From Nitrosopumilaceae archaeon (GTDB lineage Archaea; Thermoproteota; Nitrososphaeria; Nitrososphaerales; Nitrosopumilaceae): 64,000 nucleotides of DNA. Position 1 is the first letter of the stretch. Every line of letters begins with the position of its first letter. The position numbers were made by a program, and so were the translations under genes. This document shows positions 39,416 to 48,891 of the stretch, piece after piece. The stretch spans positions 1 to 64,000 of the forward strand of contig JBQTHX010000067.1 in the NCBI GenBank assembly GCA_052389415.1. Reading direction: 5' to 3'. The notes below the pieces were generated by a model. It saw only the letters and a list, made by a program, of their open reading frames with translations. It had not been told where the DNA came from and ran no database searches.

Positions 39416-39658
39416 TTACGAAGAAATCTTTTCTCTCGCCTGAACTATCTCTATTTCCACAGTTTCAATTGGTTCTTCAACGACATTTCGTCTAACTGAA
39501 AACATCTTAGGTTTATCAAAATCTTTAGTGCAGTCGGGACAAGCATAAACCAATACCCTATGTTCATTAGGAGCTTTTGGGTTAGAAAGGCGGGGGTAAT
39601 ACACTAATCTTCCTCCACAATCAACACAATATCTATTAGCACGACGTATTCTGGCCAA
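39416..39658 (-). CDS. zinc-ribbon protein
   Basis: YCVDCGG...ACPDC; TTG start at 39658 preceded by AGGAGGT. Confidence 0.8.
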   Translation of the reverse strand: MARIRRANRYCVDCGGRLVYYPRLSNPKAPNEHRVLVYACPDCTKDFDKPKMFSVRRNVVEEPIETVEIEIVQAREKISS

Positions 39659-39859
39659 TGCGAACCTCCTGCATAAGTCATGATGCATCGATCAGTATTA
39701 GATCTAGTTAGTCTAATAGAATGAACAGAAATGTGATCGTGGATAATCTTTCAAATCTCGGATTATGAAAGATGCTCAACAAAAAATGTAAAACTATAGA
39801 ACAGATCAGCCCTATTCAAAACAACATGTTTCAAATTTCGAATTTAGAAATATTAAATG

Positions 39860-39933
39860 CGCCGCCCGTCAGACTTGAACTGACGACCAGCTGATTAACA
39901 GTCAGCTGCTCTACCACGCTGAGCTAGGGCGGC
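39860..39933 (-). tRNA. tRNA-Asn(GTT)
   Basis: GCCGCCC/GGGCGGC acceptor stem, GCTGA-CTGTTAA-TCAGC anticodon arm, TTCAAGT loop. Confidence 0.95.
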
Positions 39934-39979
39934 AACAGACTTTGTTCCTAGTATATTCGGATTTAATCTTTTGCTAAGA

Positions 39980-40537
39980 TTATTTTTCAATGCCGGTGGT
40001 TTTTTCAAAAAGATATATGCCATCAAGAAAAACTCTATGATCTTTATTTTTGACTTTAGTGTTTTGCTGTAAACTAGCAGCAGTCTGAGATACATCTGTT
40101 AGGACAGGTCCTGTCAATATAACGTCATCTCCTTTTGAAACTACTTTGGTATCACCGCGAATCTTTGAAACACGCGGTGCTCGCTCACCTTGGAAATTTT
40201 CCACCAAAATATTTCCATCCTTTATTTTTATTGTAATGGGAAAGTGAGCATATACAATTTTCATCTTAAATGTATAACCTTTTTGAACACCTTCTATCAG
40301 GGATTTGATAATTGACTGTGCGGTGTTGAACACGGCATAGTCGTGTTTTCTTGTTCCTACTGATTTAAGTATGATATTTTTTCCATCAACGCTTAGGTTC
40401 ACTGGTATTTTTTTAAAGTCTTTTCGTGTTTTGCCAAGCTGTCCTTCTATATACAGCATTTTCTTTGTTATTACAACTTTAACTTTATCAGGTATTGGTA
40501 TAGTTGTTTCGTGAACCTCCATTTGTTTAGTAGACAT
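39980..40537 (-). CDS. rpl6: 50S ribosomal protein uL6
   Basis: YAHFP, ENFQGE, DHRVFLDGIY. Confidence 0.96.
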   Translation of the reverse strand: MSTKQMEVHETTIPIPDKVKVVITKKMLYIEGQLGKTRKDFKKIPVNLSVDGKNIILKSVGTRKHDYAVFNTAQSIIKSLIEGVQKGYTFKMKIVYAHFPITIKIKDGNILVENFQGERAPRVSKIRGDTKVVSKGDDVILTGPVLTDVSQTAASLQQNTKVKNKDHRVFLDGIYLFEKTTGIEK

Positions 40538-40919
40538 AACCTATCAATAATCCTCCTAATCTTTTCTTTACTGCATCATGATGAGACATTACTCCCTGAT
40601 TTGTAGTAACAATTAGCATTCCCCTAGAATAAGCTGGAAGATATTGTTGCTCCCAGTCTACGTACTCATCTTTTTTAACTTTGAATCTTGGCGTAATGGC
40701 TCCACATTTAGTGATTTTTGCTAAGAGATGAATCTTGAACTTGCCACCTTTTTTATCGTCGACGTGCTCAAATTCTCCAATGTAATCATGTTGTTGTAGT
40801 GTTTTTAATACTTCCATCGCAAGTTTTGATGAGGGCAATATTACACATTCTCCTTTTCTTCTGGCTTCGGTATTAAATAAAGTAACAAACAGGTTTGAGA
40901 TAATGTTATTTGATGGCAT
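40527..40919 (-). CDS. rps8: 30S ribosomal protein uS8
   Basis: YIGEFE, CGAITPRF, TTNQGVMSH. Confidence 0.96.
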   Translation of the reverse strand: MPSNNIISNLFVTLFNTEARRKGECVILPSSKLAMEVLKTLQQHDYIGEFEHVDDKKGGKFKIHLLAKITKCGAITPRFKVKKDEYVDWEQQYLPAYSRGMLIVTTNQGVMSHHDAVKKRLGGLLIGYVY

Positions 40920-40923
40920 TTTT

Positions 40924-41103
40924 TCACCTAAATTTCCTAAACCCTAAGGACACAGCAACTTCTCTAAAACATCGTCTGCACAAATCCAGATCATATTTTT
41001 GAATGACTGCATTATAATCACCACATCGCTTACACCAACGTGAACCCTTACCAAATTTGTGTACTGTCCTACCTGTTATTTTATAATCCCGATTTTTTAC
41101 CAT
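40924..41103 (-). CDS. rps14: 30S ribosomal protein uS14 (not in ORF track)
   Basis: Hand translation ...[12 protein letters not shown]...[13 protein letters not shown]...GFRKFR*; expected position between rpl5 and rps8. Confidence 0.95.
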   Translation of the reverse strand: MVKNRDYKITGRTVHKFGKGSRWCKRCGDYNAVIQKYDLDLCRRCFREVAVSLGFRKFR

Positions 41104-41104
41104 T

Positions 41105-41626
41105 TTACACTATCTCTATTCCAAACTCTTTGATTAGAAAGGCCTTTGCTTCCTCGCTTGTTATTCTATGATTATTTCCAACACTTGCTTTGTGTTTGCT
41201 TCTAAATCTAATGTTAAAACCTGGTCTTTCCAGAGAAATTGAAACATTTAATCCCAAAATGCCAATTTGAGGATCGTATTTTACTCCAGGAATATCGATG
41301 TGTTCTCGTATTCCAAATGAAAGATTTCCAAATTCATCAAATGATGAGCCTTTCATCTGATTTCCCTTTGCAACAAATAATCGTTTAATTAGATCGATAG
41401 CTGGCTTTCTTCTAAGAGTTACAGCAACACCTATTGGTTCACCTTTATGGACTCCCCAATCACGCTGCGTGGCTTTAGCATTACGTGCATTAGGTTTTTG
41501 CCCAGAAATTTGTTCTAGAGCTAGTTTTGCTTGCTCAATTGGTTCTCCAGACTTTCCAACGCCCATATTTAAAACAACTTTAGCTATTGAAATTTTCTTC
41601 ATGGGGTTCTCAAGTTTTAGCGACAT
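41105..41626 (-). CDS. rpl5: 50S ribosomal protein uL5
   Basis: [29 protein letters not shown]. Confidence 0.96.
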   Translation of the reverse strand: MSLKLENPMKKISIAKVVLNMGVGKSGEPIEQAKLALEQISGQKPNARNAKATQRDWGVHKGEPIGVAVTLRRKPAIDLIKRLFVAKGNQMKGSSFDEFGNLSFGIREHIDIPGVKYDPQIGILGLNVSISLERPGFNIRFRSKHKASVGNNHRITSEEAKAFLIKEFGIEIV

Positions 41627-41630
41627 ATTA

Positions 41631-42347
41631 TCACTCTATTTGTATTACCGGTTTGTCTTTACCTACTGCCATAATAAGATCTGTTGGAATCTCAATTTCC
41701 CTTTCGCCAATGTTTACAACTGCACGCCGAGGGAGTACAAATGAACCGGCTTTAATTTCTTCAATTTCACCTATGTGACCAGCATTTATTCCACTAGTTA
41801 CTATGACTTTGGATCCTTTTTCTAGTTTTATCACTTCAAGAATTTTCTGTTCTGGTATTTGTATCACACATGAATCTCCAACATTTACTTTAGTATCAGA
41901 CACAAGAGATCTACCATCATGAAAACCAATTTGTGTGTTTGAACCTTTTATTGTTACTTTACTTGTTACTTTAACAAGTTTTTTTGTTTTTTCAGTGGAA
42001 TTTATCACAATTGGTTGCAATACCATTGAATTTTTTGGAACTAGTCTATACACATCCGTTAATCCATCAAGTTCAACTACATCCATTAGGCCAACACCGT
42101 GATGAAGCGATTTTCGTACTACGCCATCAATTTTGATTTTTCCACCGTATATAGCTGATTTTGTTTCTCTGAGGGTAGTTGCTAATTTTAGAACGTCTCT
42201 AATAAATACTGCACTTGGAATTGAAGCATGTTTTGAATGTCCTCCAGGTCTTACAGTTACGACAAACCTGTCATCTTTTCGTGAAATTCTCCAAAAAATT
42301 GGAGACATTTGTCTTTTTAGTTTCTTGCTTCCTGCTATGCTGACCAT
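41631..42347 (-). CDS. rps4e: 30S ribosomal protein eS4
   Basis: KLKR, IDGVVRK, GLMDV, HDGR. Confidence 0.95.
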   Translation of the reverse strand: MVSIAGSKKLKRQMSPIFWRISRKDDRFVVTVRPGGHSKHASIPSAVFIRDVLKLATTLRETKSAIYGGKIKIDGVVRKSLHHGVGLMDVVELDGLTDVYRLVPKNSMVLQPIVINSTEKTKKLVKVTSKVTIKGSNTQIGFHDGRSLVSDTKVNVGDSCVIQIPEQKILEVIKLEKGSKVIVTSGINAGHIGEIEEIKAGSFVLPRRAVVNIGEREIEIPTDLIMAVGKDKPVIQIE

Positions 42348-42844
42348 TACTTTTTCTCCTTATCCACTGCCTTTGTTGCTTTTGTTTGTTTGGTTTCTTT
42401 GGAAGAGGGTTTTTGTTTTTTAGTTTCTTTTGTTTTGGTTGGTTTTTCTTGTTTTTCCCTTGGTTGTTCTGCAGGTTTTTCTTTTGATGTTTTTGTTTTT
42501 TGCTTTCCCAATCTATTTTGTCTCCATTTATCCTCAAGATTCAAACCAGTTATCATAACGTTTGAAGCATGTGTGAAAATGTCAACATTACCACCTTTCA
42601 ATTTTTCACGTTTTATTCCTTCTATTGCCACACCATTTTTCTCAGTAAGTATTTTTGTAACTTTTCCATCTATTCCTTTAAATTCTCCGCGCAAAACTCT
42701 AACGGTGTCTCCTTCAATTACACGAGTATTTCGTCTGCCATACTTATTTCTTAGTTCTTCCGAAAGTGTAGCACCAAGTTGTTTACTTCGTACGTGATTT
42801 GTTGCTTGGAATATTTGCCGATTTCTAACAATTGTTGGTTTCAA
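42347..42844 (-). CDS. rpl24: 50S ribosomal protein uL24 with Lys-rich C-terminal extension
   Basis: LS.ELR.KYG.R, GDTVRVLRG, HASNV; TTG start 42844. Confidence 0.94.
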   Translation of the reverse strand: MKPTIVRNRQIFQATNHVRSKQLGATLSEELRNKYGRRNTRVIEGDTVRVLRGEFKGIDGKVTKILTEKNGVAIEGIKREKLKGGNVDIFTHASNVMITGLNLEDKWRQNRLGKQKTKTSKEKPAEQPREKQEKPTKTKETKKQKPSSKETKQTKATKAVDKEKK

Positions 42845-42845
42845 T

Positions 42846-43283
42846 TCATACCACCATCGATGCAAGATTTGCTATTCTTGGCCATTTTTCTGAAGCTTCG
42901 GCTGCAACTGGACCTTTGATTTCAGTACCTTTTATTTCTCCTTCTGGCGTAACAAGTACAGCCGCGTTATCTTCAAAAGTAACCCGAACTCCATTTAGCC
43001 GTTTTATTGGATATTTTTGTCTAACAATGACTGCACCATAGATCTGTTTCCTAAGTTCTCCCGGCCCCTTTTTGACAACTACATTCACAAAATCACCTAC
43101 TGCAGCAGAAGGATATCTTGCTACTCTTGTTTTTGTCTTTTGTACCATTATTATTTCCAATATTTTTGCTCCCGTATTATCTGCACAAACTACTTGTGCA
43201 CCAAGGGGAAGTGCTCTAGTAACATAAGGTCTAAACTCTTGTACCCCTTTTGCCGAAACTGCACGACTCTTTGTTGCTCCCAT
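42846..43283 (-). CDS. rpl14: 50S ribosomal protein uL14
   Basis: CADNTGAK, FEDNAAV, GPVA.EA. Confidence 0.96.
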   Translation of the reverse strand: MGATKSRAVSAKGVQEFRPYVTRALPLGAQVVCADNTGAKILEIIMVQKTKTRVARYPSAAVGDFVNVVVKKGPGELRKQIYGAVIVRQKYPIKRLNGVRVTFEDNAAVLVTPEGEIKGTEIKGPVAAEASEKWPRIANLASMVV

Positions 43284-43606
43284 TACGATACAACCTCCAC
43301 TACTACAAATGAAACACTTTTTGATATAGGTCTGCATTCAGCAGTAAGAACGATATCTCCTTCCTTCACATCAATGCAAGATGGCCTGTATGCATGAATT
43401 TTACTTTGACTGCGTGCATATCTTTTGAATTTTGTAATAAATTTAGGTGCTTCTTGTTGGACAACAATCATCTTTGGTGCTTTAGAGCTGACTACTTTGC
43501 CTTCGATTAATTTACCTCTAATTGACAGATTACCGTGGAAAGGACATTGGCTATCATTGCATTCTGTTTTTGGTGTTTGGACCGAAATTCCTATGTTTCT
43601 AGTCAT
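43283..43606 (-). CDS. rps17: 30S ribosomal protein uS17
   Basis: CPFHG.L.IRG, ECRPISK. Confidence 0.96.
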   Translation of the reverse strand: MTRNIGISVQTPKTECNDSQCPFHGNLSIRGKLIEGKVVSSKAPKMIVVQQEAPKFITKFKRYARSQSKIHAYRPSCIDVKEGDIVLTAECRPISKSVSFVVVEVVS

Positions 43607-43869
43607 GTCTTTATTCCTAACCTCTCAAATGATCTCTTTGATATCACGTTTCCATTCAGATCAATTTTATTATTTCCCAAAAAAAATCTCCAAACTGCAT
43701 TCTCCTTTGGGAGTTTCTTAATTTCGTTTTCCGAGCTCAAAACTAAAACAAATTTTGTTTCATCAACTATTCTACCTTTCATTCCCATCTGCTGTGCATT
43801 AGATGAATGGATAATCTCAACATCAAGTCCAATGAATTCGTGCAAAGCCAAATTTTCAGCCGTAATCAT
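43603..43869 (-). CDS. rnp1: ribonuclease P protein component 1 (Rpp29)
   Basis: HEFIGL.V.I, G.IVDETK; conserved position. Confidence 0.92.
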   Translation of the reverse strand: MITAENLALHEFIGLDVEIIHSSNAQQMGMKGRIVDETKFVLVLSSENEIKKLPKENAVWRFFLGNNKIDLNGNVISKRSFERLGIKT

Positions 43870-44069
43870 GGTTTTTTCATCTCCTGAAGTCGTGTCAATA
43901 TTCTTGCAATGTCTTTTCTTAAAGAACGAACTTTGCCGTTTTCCTTTCTTAGTGTTCCCTTCGAGGATTCTACTCGTAATTTAGAGAGATCGGTTCTTAG
44001 TTGTCCAAGTCTATCTTTAAGATCAGTTTCATTAAATTCCCTAATTGTTTTCATTTTCAATCGTGCCAT
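43866..44069 (-). CDS. rpl29: 50S ribosomal protein uL29
   Basis: RKDIARILT; position. Confidence 0.94.
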   Translation of the reverse strand: MARLKMKTIREFNETDLKDRLGQLRTDLSKLRVESSKGTLRKENGKVRSLRKDIARILTRLQEMKKP

Positions 44070-44839
44070 TACTTTAATTCCTCTTCGATTTCCTCATATG
44101 TTTCTACAGCCTTGATGTGTTCTTCCTCTTTTTCAATTAATTCACTTTCTGTTCGTGGTTTTGTTGGATCCTCTGGAATTTCTTCGATGATCATAGTTTC
44201 TTTTTCTTCATCTACCTCTAACTTCTTCTTTGGCGGACGCATCTCCTCTCTTGTCTTGAATTCAAATTCTGGGACATAGTTTTCTTTTCTTGCGATTCTG
44301 ATTCTTACTCCAATAAGACCCATTTTAGTATCTACGTGAACTATATCCTCTGCCACAATAACATTAGCGTGATGTCCTGCACGTGGTAAAATTCCTTTAC
44401 TGTGTTTTTCAAAGGCTGAGCGCTCTCCACGAAGTTTTCCTGAAATAGTTATTTGAACCCCCATTGCTCCCGCGTTCATAATTGTTTGCATCGTCCACAT
44501 CACGGCACGTCTGAATGCAGTACCTCTTGCAAGATGTTGCGACATCCTATTACACATAACATTAGGATCTAGTTCTGGTCTTTCTATTTCAACTACTGAG
44601 ATCTGTGGATTCTTAAGATCAAAATCTTTTTCCAGCGCTTTTGTCAAATCACGTATTCCAGAACCTTTTCTGCCTATTACAATTCCTGGTCTTGTTACAT
44701 GAAGCGCTACACGCGTACCTGTCGGAGTCTTTTGTATATCCACATCGGAAAATCCAGCTTCTTTAATAACTACTCTTAGATAGTCTTTGAGCAACATGAG
44801 TTTATAGCTGTCATTGATTACATTTTTTACAGATGACAT
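44069..44839 (-). CDS. rps3: 30S ribosomal protein uS3
   Basis: RPGIVIGRKG KH domain, ISGKLRG. Confidence 0.96.
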   Translation of the reverse strand: MSSVKNVINDSYKLMLLKDYLRVVIKEAGFSDVDIQKTPTGTRVALHVTRPGIVIGRKGSGIRDLTKALEKDFDLKNPQISVVEIERPELDPNVMCNRMSQHLARGTAFRRAVMWTMQTIMNAGAMGVQITISGKLRGERSAFEKHSKGILPRAGHHANVIVAEDIVHVDTKMGLIGVRIRIARKENYVPEFEFKTREEMRPPKKKLEVDEEKETMIIEEIPEDPTKPRTESELIEKEEEHIKAVETYEEIEEELK

Positions 44840-44840
44840 T

Positions 44841-45299
44841 TCAGATCTCCTGAGCTACCAACTCAACATGTGTAAGGATATCAATCTTCGGAGATGCTCT
44901 GCCCATTGCACGTGGAGTGAATCTTTGAATTTTTCTTCCTTTGTGAACAGTGGCATTAATTATCTTGAGTCGGTCTAAATCCATTCCACGATATTCTGCA
45001 TTTGATTCTAAATTATCAAGCAATTTGATGAATTCTCCAGCTGCTTTTTGTGGATAACGACCTGACATCATTCCAGTATCTGATTTGTGTCCTACTTCAT
45101 TATGGTATCTTCTAAAGGCAATAGCGCGTTTTAGTCTCACAACATCTTCTAAATAGCTCCGAGCTTTTTCAAGCGAAAGCCCTTTTATTGCAACTGCAAT
45201 TTCACGTGCATGTTTGTGTGAAATGGTTTTTTCTCTAAGAGATGAACGAACGTGTTTTGTTTTATCATAATTTTGGAAAGCGTATTCGAACTCAACCAT
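44841..45299 (-). CDS. rpl22: 50S ribosomal protein uL22
   Basis: GRYPQKAA, PRAMGRA, THVEL. Confidence 0.96.
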   Translation of the reverse strand: MVEFEYAFQNYDKTKHVRSSLREKTISHKHAREIAVAIKGLSLEKARSYLEDVVRLKRAIAFRRYHNEVGHKSDTGMMSGRYPQKAAGEFIKLLDNLESNAEYRGMDLDRLKIINATVHKGRKIQRFTPRAMGRASPKIDILTHVELVAQEI

Positions 45300-45304
45300 G
45301 TTAA

Positions 45305-45700
45305 TCACTTTAGTGGAACATACAAGCTAGACCTAGATGCTCCTACGCCAGGTGCCCCGTGCACTACTCTTTTGTTTGTCATAACATATTCACCCAAATA
45401 ATGTCCTACCATTTCCTGCGTAATGTTTACTGGAACAAACTCTTTTCCAGAAAAAACGTTTATTGTAACTCCAATCATATATGGCAAGATTATCACGTCG
45501 CGCAAGTGGGTTTTTATTGGTGCTGGTAACTTCCCTGCTTTAGCCATTTTTGCTTCTTCAAGCAATTTCCGTTTTTGATCAGTTATTCCTCTTGTAAGCG
45601 ACCTTCTTGCTCTAGCGGGGAAAAGATGAAACAGATTCTCAAATGATTGATTTTGTAGATCCTCCGTCGTCAATCCACGATATCTAAATTCTTTAACCAT
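45305..45700 (-). CDS. rps19: 30S ribosomal protein uS19
   Basis: KTHLRD, GHYLGEY, HGAPGVGASRSS. Confidence 0.96.
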   Translation of the reverse strand: MVKEFRYRGLTTEDLQNQSFENLFHLFPARARRSLTRGITDQKRKLLEEAKMAKAGKLPAPIKTHLRDVIILPYMIGVTINVFSGKEFVPVNITQEMVGHYLGEYVMTNKRVVHGAPGVGASRSSLYVPLK

Positions 45701-45742
45701 TATACACTCACTCTTATGCGAAGAATTTCAAACAGAACCATA

Positions 45743-46009
45743 TTATAGCATTCCTATCTTTGTTGCAAGATCCCTTGCTTTATCGACTGATTGAAATTTG
45801 ACAAAAGCCTTTTTGCCATAAACTGATCCGCATGTATTCACCTTTATTGGTTCCTCGTTGTAAAGTATCTTTACTGCTTCCATGATTTTTGGTTTGGTTG
45901 CAGTTTTTTTTACAATAAAGCATATTCTACTTTCTTTTTCAACTAGAGCAAATGTCTTTTCTGTGATATACGGTTTCAGAACTATTTGGATAGCTTCTTC
46001 TGAGTTCAT
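45743..46009 (-). CDS. rpl23: 50S ribosomal protein uL23
   Basis: PYITEK, KKAFVK, ATKIG. Confidence 0.95.
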   Translation of the reverse strand: MNSEEAIQIVLKPYITEKTFALVEKESRICFIVKKTATKPKIMEAVKILYNEEPIKVNTCGSVYGKKAFVKFQSVDKARDLATKIGML

Positions 46010-46821
46010 CTAGATTTCACCATTAGCTCCAAATGTGGAGATTTTATTTTACTAATATCTTCTATTGCATTTTTTGAAAACACTGTTAATCGGATCGGTT
46101 GTGAGCCAGGAATCAAGTCTAAGACACTTAGACTACTAACTGATTTTACATCAACACCCAGGAAGGTTCCACATGCCTTTGAGAGATTCTTTGAATCGCG
46201 CACTACCATAAGAATACTTTTTCCAATCTTTGTTTTTCTTCCACGTAAAAGTGATTTTCCAGAACGTCGTTTTAGTCTTGAGCGTAATCGATCAATATCT
46301 TGAGCCAAATTCAATGCATTGAAGAATTTTTCAAGATCTTTTGCCTTTGATATGGATTCAATTTCATTGTCAACAACAATTGGAAATGATTCAATATTAT
46401 CAATTTTATGTCCGCGTGATTTTACTAGATCTGCAGATAAAGTTGCAGCGATAGCAGAACAAAGAGCAAGTTTGTTTTCCTTTTTATTGAGCATTTTATA
46501 CACAACTTTTTCGGCTGTGGGAGGATGAGCTTGTCGTCCACCTCTTACCATTGCTACTCCACCTCCCTGACCCTGTCTTCCACCTCCACCTCCACGCAGT
46601 CTTGCAACTCTTGCTTGATGGTGACCTGTAGGAGGGCTGTTGGATTCTGCTACAACATTCATTCCAGCATTTGGGTATCTCCCTTGGCTCTGAAATGAGT
46701 GCGATTCGATATTCACGTATGCTTTGTGTAGAAGATCAGTTCGAAGAGGAGTAGAAAACACATTTGGTAATTCTAATTCTTCAGTTTTGGAACCATTTAT
46801 TGAAAAGACTTGGGCTTTCAT
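46006..46821 (-). CDS. rpl4: 50S ribosomal protein uL4
   Basis: LP.VF..P.R.DL, GGRQAHPP, NKKE..LA..SAIAAT. Confidence 0.96.
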   Translation of the reverse strand: MKAQVFSINGSKTEELELPNVFSTPLRTDLLHKAYVNIESHSFQSQGRYPNAGMNVVAESNSPPTGHHQARVARLRGGGGGRQGQGGGVAMVRGGRQAHPPTAEKVVYKMLNKKENKLALCSAIAATLSADLVKSRGHKIDNIESFPIVVDNEIESISKAKDLEKFFNALNLAQDIDRLRSRLKRRSGKSLLRGRKTKIGKSILMVVRDSKNLSKACGTFLGVDVKSVSSLSVLDLIPGSQPIRLTVFSKNAIEDISKIKSPHLELMVKSR

Positions 46822-47810
46822 ATCATTATTTCCAAAATGTTAGGTTGTGTTATTTTTGAGACTCGTTGTCTTACTGGTGCCCTCAGTTTTACCAGTCGTC
46901 TATAAGTTCCTGGAATGGAACCACGAATTACAATAAAATCGCCTTGTACCAACCCAAAATGTTTGAATCCCCCATCAGGATTTATTTTAAATTCATTTTT
47001 TTCTGTATTGCTCATTATCATTATTCTGTTATTGTATTGAGTTCTCTGATGAAATCCACGTTGACCAGCTCTTGGAACAGTATACATGATTGTCGCTGGA
47101 CTTATTGGACCAAGTGTTCCAAGTGCCCTTACGCTTTTTCTTGATTTATGCTGTTTCTTTTTAACTCCCCATCTTGTGATTGGACCCTCAATTCCTTTTC
47201 CTTTAGTAATAGCAGCAACATCTACATCTCCACCTTTTTGGAATACTTGATCAATTTTGATTTCTTTGCCTAAAAGATCTTTAAGAAATGTAAATTGTTT
47301 TGTAATATCGCCACCTTTTACTGCAACCTCAAAAACATATGGTTTTTTCTGTTCTCTGCCAGCGTGTCTTGGAAATACAGCTGCTATTGCAAAAAGATCA
47401 GTTGTTCTTCCAAGAGATTTTTCTACAAGTTCAAGGGTCTTTTCTTCAGATTTTGCTACAAAGAGCCTTAACAATTCTTTTGGAAGATCTTTTGCGTATA
47501 CATCAAAAATCGAATCTAGCCCATACCTATCCTTTGCATAACCTCTTATTCCAACAACTGTAATCGGAGGAGTCACAACAACTGTTCCAAGACTAACTAA
47601 TTGCTTTCCAAAGTTAGGCGTCTTATCTCTATCATCAATACTTGCGATCCGAATACAACCAGCTTTGAATCCTGCGTGAGCCAATAACTTTGGTTGATCG
47701 CCCTCTTGTTCAGGCCAAGTTCTTATTCTGGCTTCCATGCTTTTTGCTCTTGCTCTTGGAAGGTATGCAAGACTACCTCGCCTTGGTTGACTATGTTTTC
47801 TATGACCCAT
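46818..47810 (-). CDS. rpl3: 50S ribosomal protein uL3
   Basis: PRRGSL, GFKAG, TKGKG, VPRAGQ.GFHQRT. Confidence 0.96.
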   Translation of the reverse strand: MGHRKHSQPRRGSLAYLPRARAKSMEARIRTWPEQEGDQPKLLAHAGFKAGCIRIASIDDRDKTPNFGKQLVSLGTVVVTPPITVVGIRGYAKDRYGLDSIFDVYAKDLPKELLRLFVAKSEEKTLELVEKSLGRTTDLFAIAAVFPRHAGREQKKPYVFEVAVKGGDITKQFTFLKDLLGKEIKIDQVFQKGGDVDVAAITKGKGIEGPITRWGVKKKQHKSRKSVRALGTLGPISPATIMYTVPRAGQRGFHQRTQYNNRIMIMSNTEKNEFKINPDGGFKHFGLVQGDFIVIRGSIPGTYRRLVKLRAPVRQRVSKITQPNILEIMI

Positions 47811-47898
47811 GGATAGACGCTAGATGTTGTAAACCCCATTATAAGTCTACTATCAAAAATTACAGCTTGATCGATTTTTCATATAATTTTTGATCCAA

Positions 47899-48006
47899 TT
47901 ATTGAAATAAATCCAATACGGAAATTGCTAATATTATTCCGCCTACAATAACTCCAACAATGCCAGTAATGAAAGCAAAAAGTAGAAATTTTTTTGGTAT
48001 AACCAC
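47899..48006 (-). CDS. single-TM micropeptide (35 aa)
   Basis: Hand translation MVIPKKFLLFAFITGIVGVIVGGIILAISVLDLFQ*; GTG start, TTTAATAC about 25 bp upstream. Confidence 0.55.
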   Translation of the reverse strand: MVIPKKFLLFAFITGIVGVIVGGIILAISVLDLFQ

Positions 48007-48036
48007 GAGAATCAAAATACTCGAAGTGTATTAAAT

Positions 48037-48852
48037 TTAATTGCGCGTAAGAATATTTAGAATAGATAAAGTACCAAGTATTGCTTCTTCAAGACGAACT
48101 GTCTCTGTGCCTTGTTCTGGGAAGAAATTAATGATTTGCGATTTTGAAATACTGTTAATCGTGTTCCCCAATATTTCGTGGATTCCTCTCTCTGGAGAAC
48201 CAAAAACAACTAGTGTATCAGTATTAGAAATCCCTTCGAAAAATTTTTGAGTTTTGTATATTATTTTTCCTTTTCTCGAAGTCAAAATAACATGAGAATT
48301 CCAACCTGAAAGGAGAGTGCGCAGGTTTGCACTCTCTCTGACCTCATAACCCCAATACTGTTTAATCTCCTCACGAGATATCTGTTTAACTGAAAATTGA
48401 GGAAATACAGATTTGAATTGTACAGTTATTCGTCTTCCTTCTTTTGCGTCGCCAAAAAATTGAATTGGTTTGTCCAGTCCCACATCTACGTATTTCCCTC
48501 CTTTAGCAAAGAATACAACCCCTTCACGAATATCCCCTGCTTTGATCTTTTTGGAATCAGAAGTGTAAGTGTGGTGAGGAATTTTTAATGGGCTTAACAC
48601 ACCAGCATATTTTAATTCAGAGATTTTGGGAAACAACATTCGTCGTAAATATTGTGGAGTCTCAATATACCGCAAAACGGTACGTAGAAGAGATTTATCT
48701 TGAGCAGTTCCTCCACTTTCATGATATAGATAAATTGTTTGTACATGAAAGATAGCGCATGATCTAGCAATCAAAGATATTTTCCTTGATTTATCCAGTT
48801 GTGTCGGTTCATCGGTGAGTGCAGAATCAGGAATTGCTATTGAAAGTTTCAA
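48037..48852 (-). CDS. SPOUT-class RNA methyltransferase (DUF171 family)
   Basis: ETPQYLR, YWGY.V, VFGSPE.G, QGTETVRLEEA; usual position upstream of rpl3. Confidence 0.92.
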   Translation of the reverse strand: MKLSIAIPDSALTDEPTQLDKSRKISLIARSCAIFHVQTIYLYHESGGTAQDKSLLRTVLRYIETPQYLRRMLFPKISELKYAGVLSPLKIPHHTYTSDSKKIKAGDIREGVVFFAKGGKYVDVGLDKPIQFFGDAKEGRRITVQFKSVFPQFSVKQISREEIKQYWGYEVRESANLRTLLSGWNSHVILTSRKGKIIYKTQKFFEGISNTDTLVVFGSPERGIHEILGNTINSISKSQIINFFPEQGTETVRLEEAILGTLSILNILTRN

Positions 48853-48891
48853 ACAGTTATTGTATTTTTGTGGATTATAAAATGGTAGAGA

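Noticed and set aside
39895-40095. 66-aa ORF ending ALAQRGRAADC
   Set aside because: Runs out of rpl6 in another frame and through the tRNA-Asn gene
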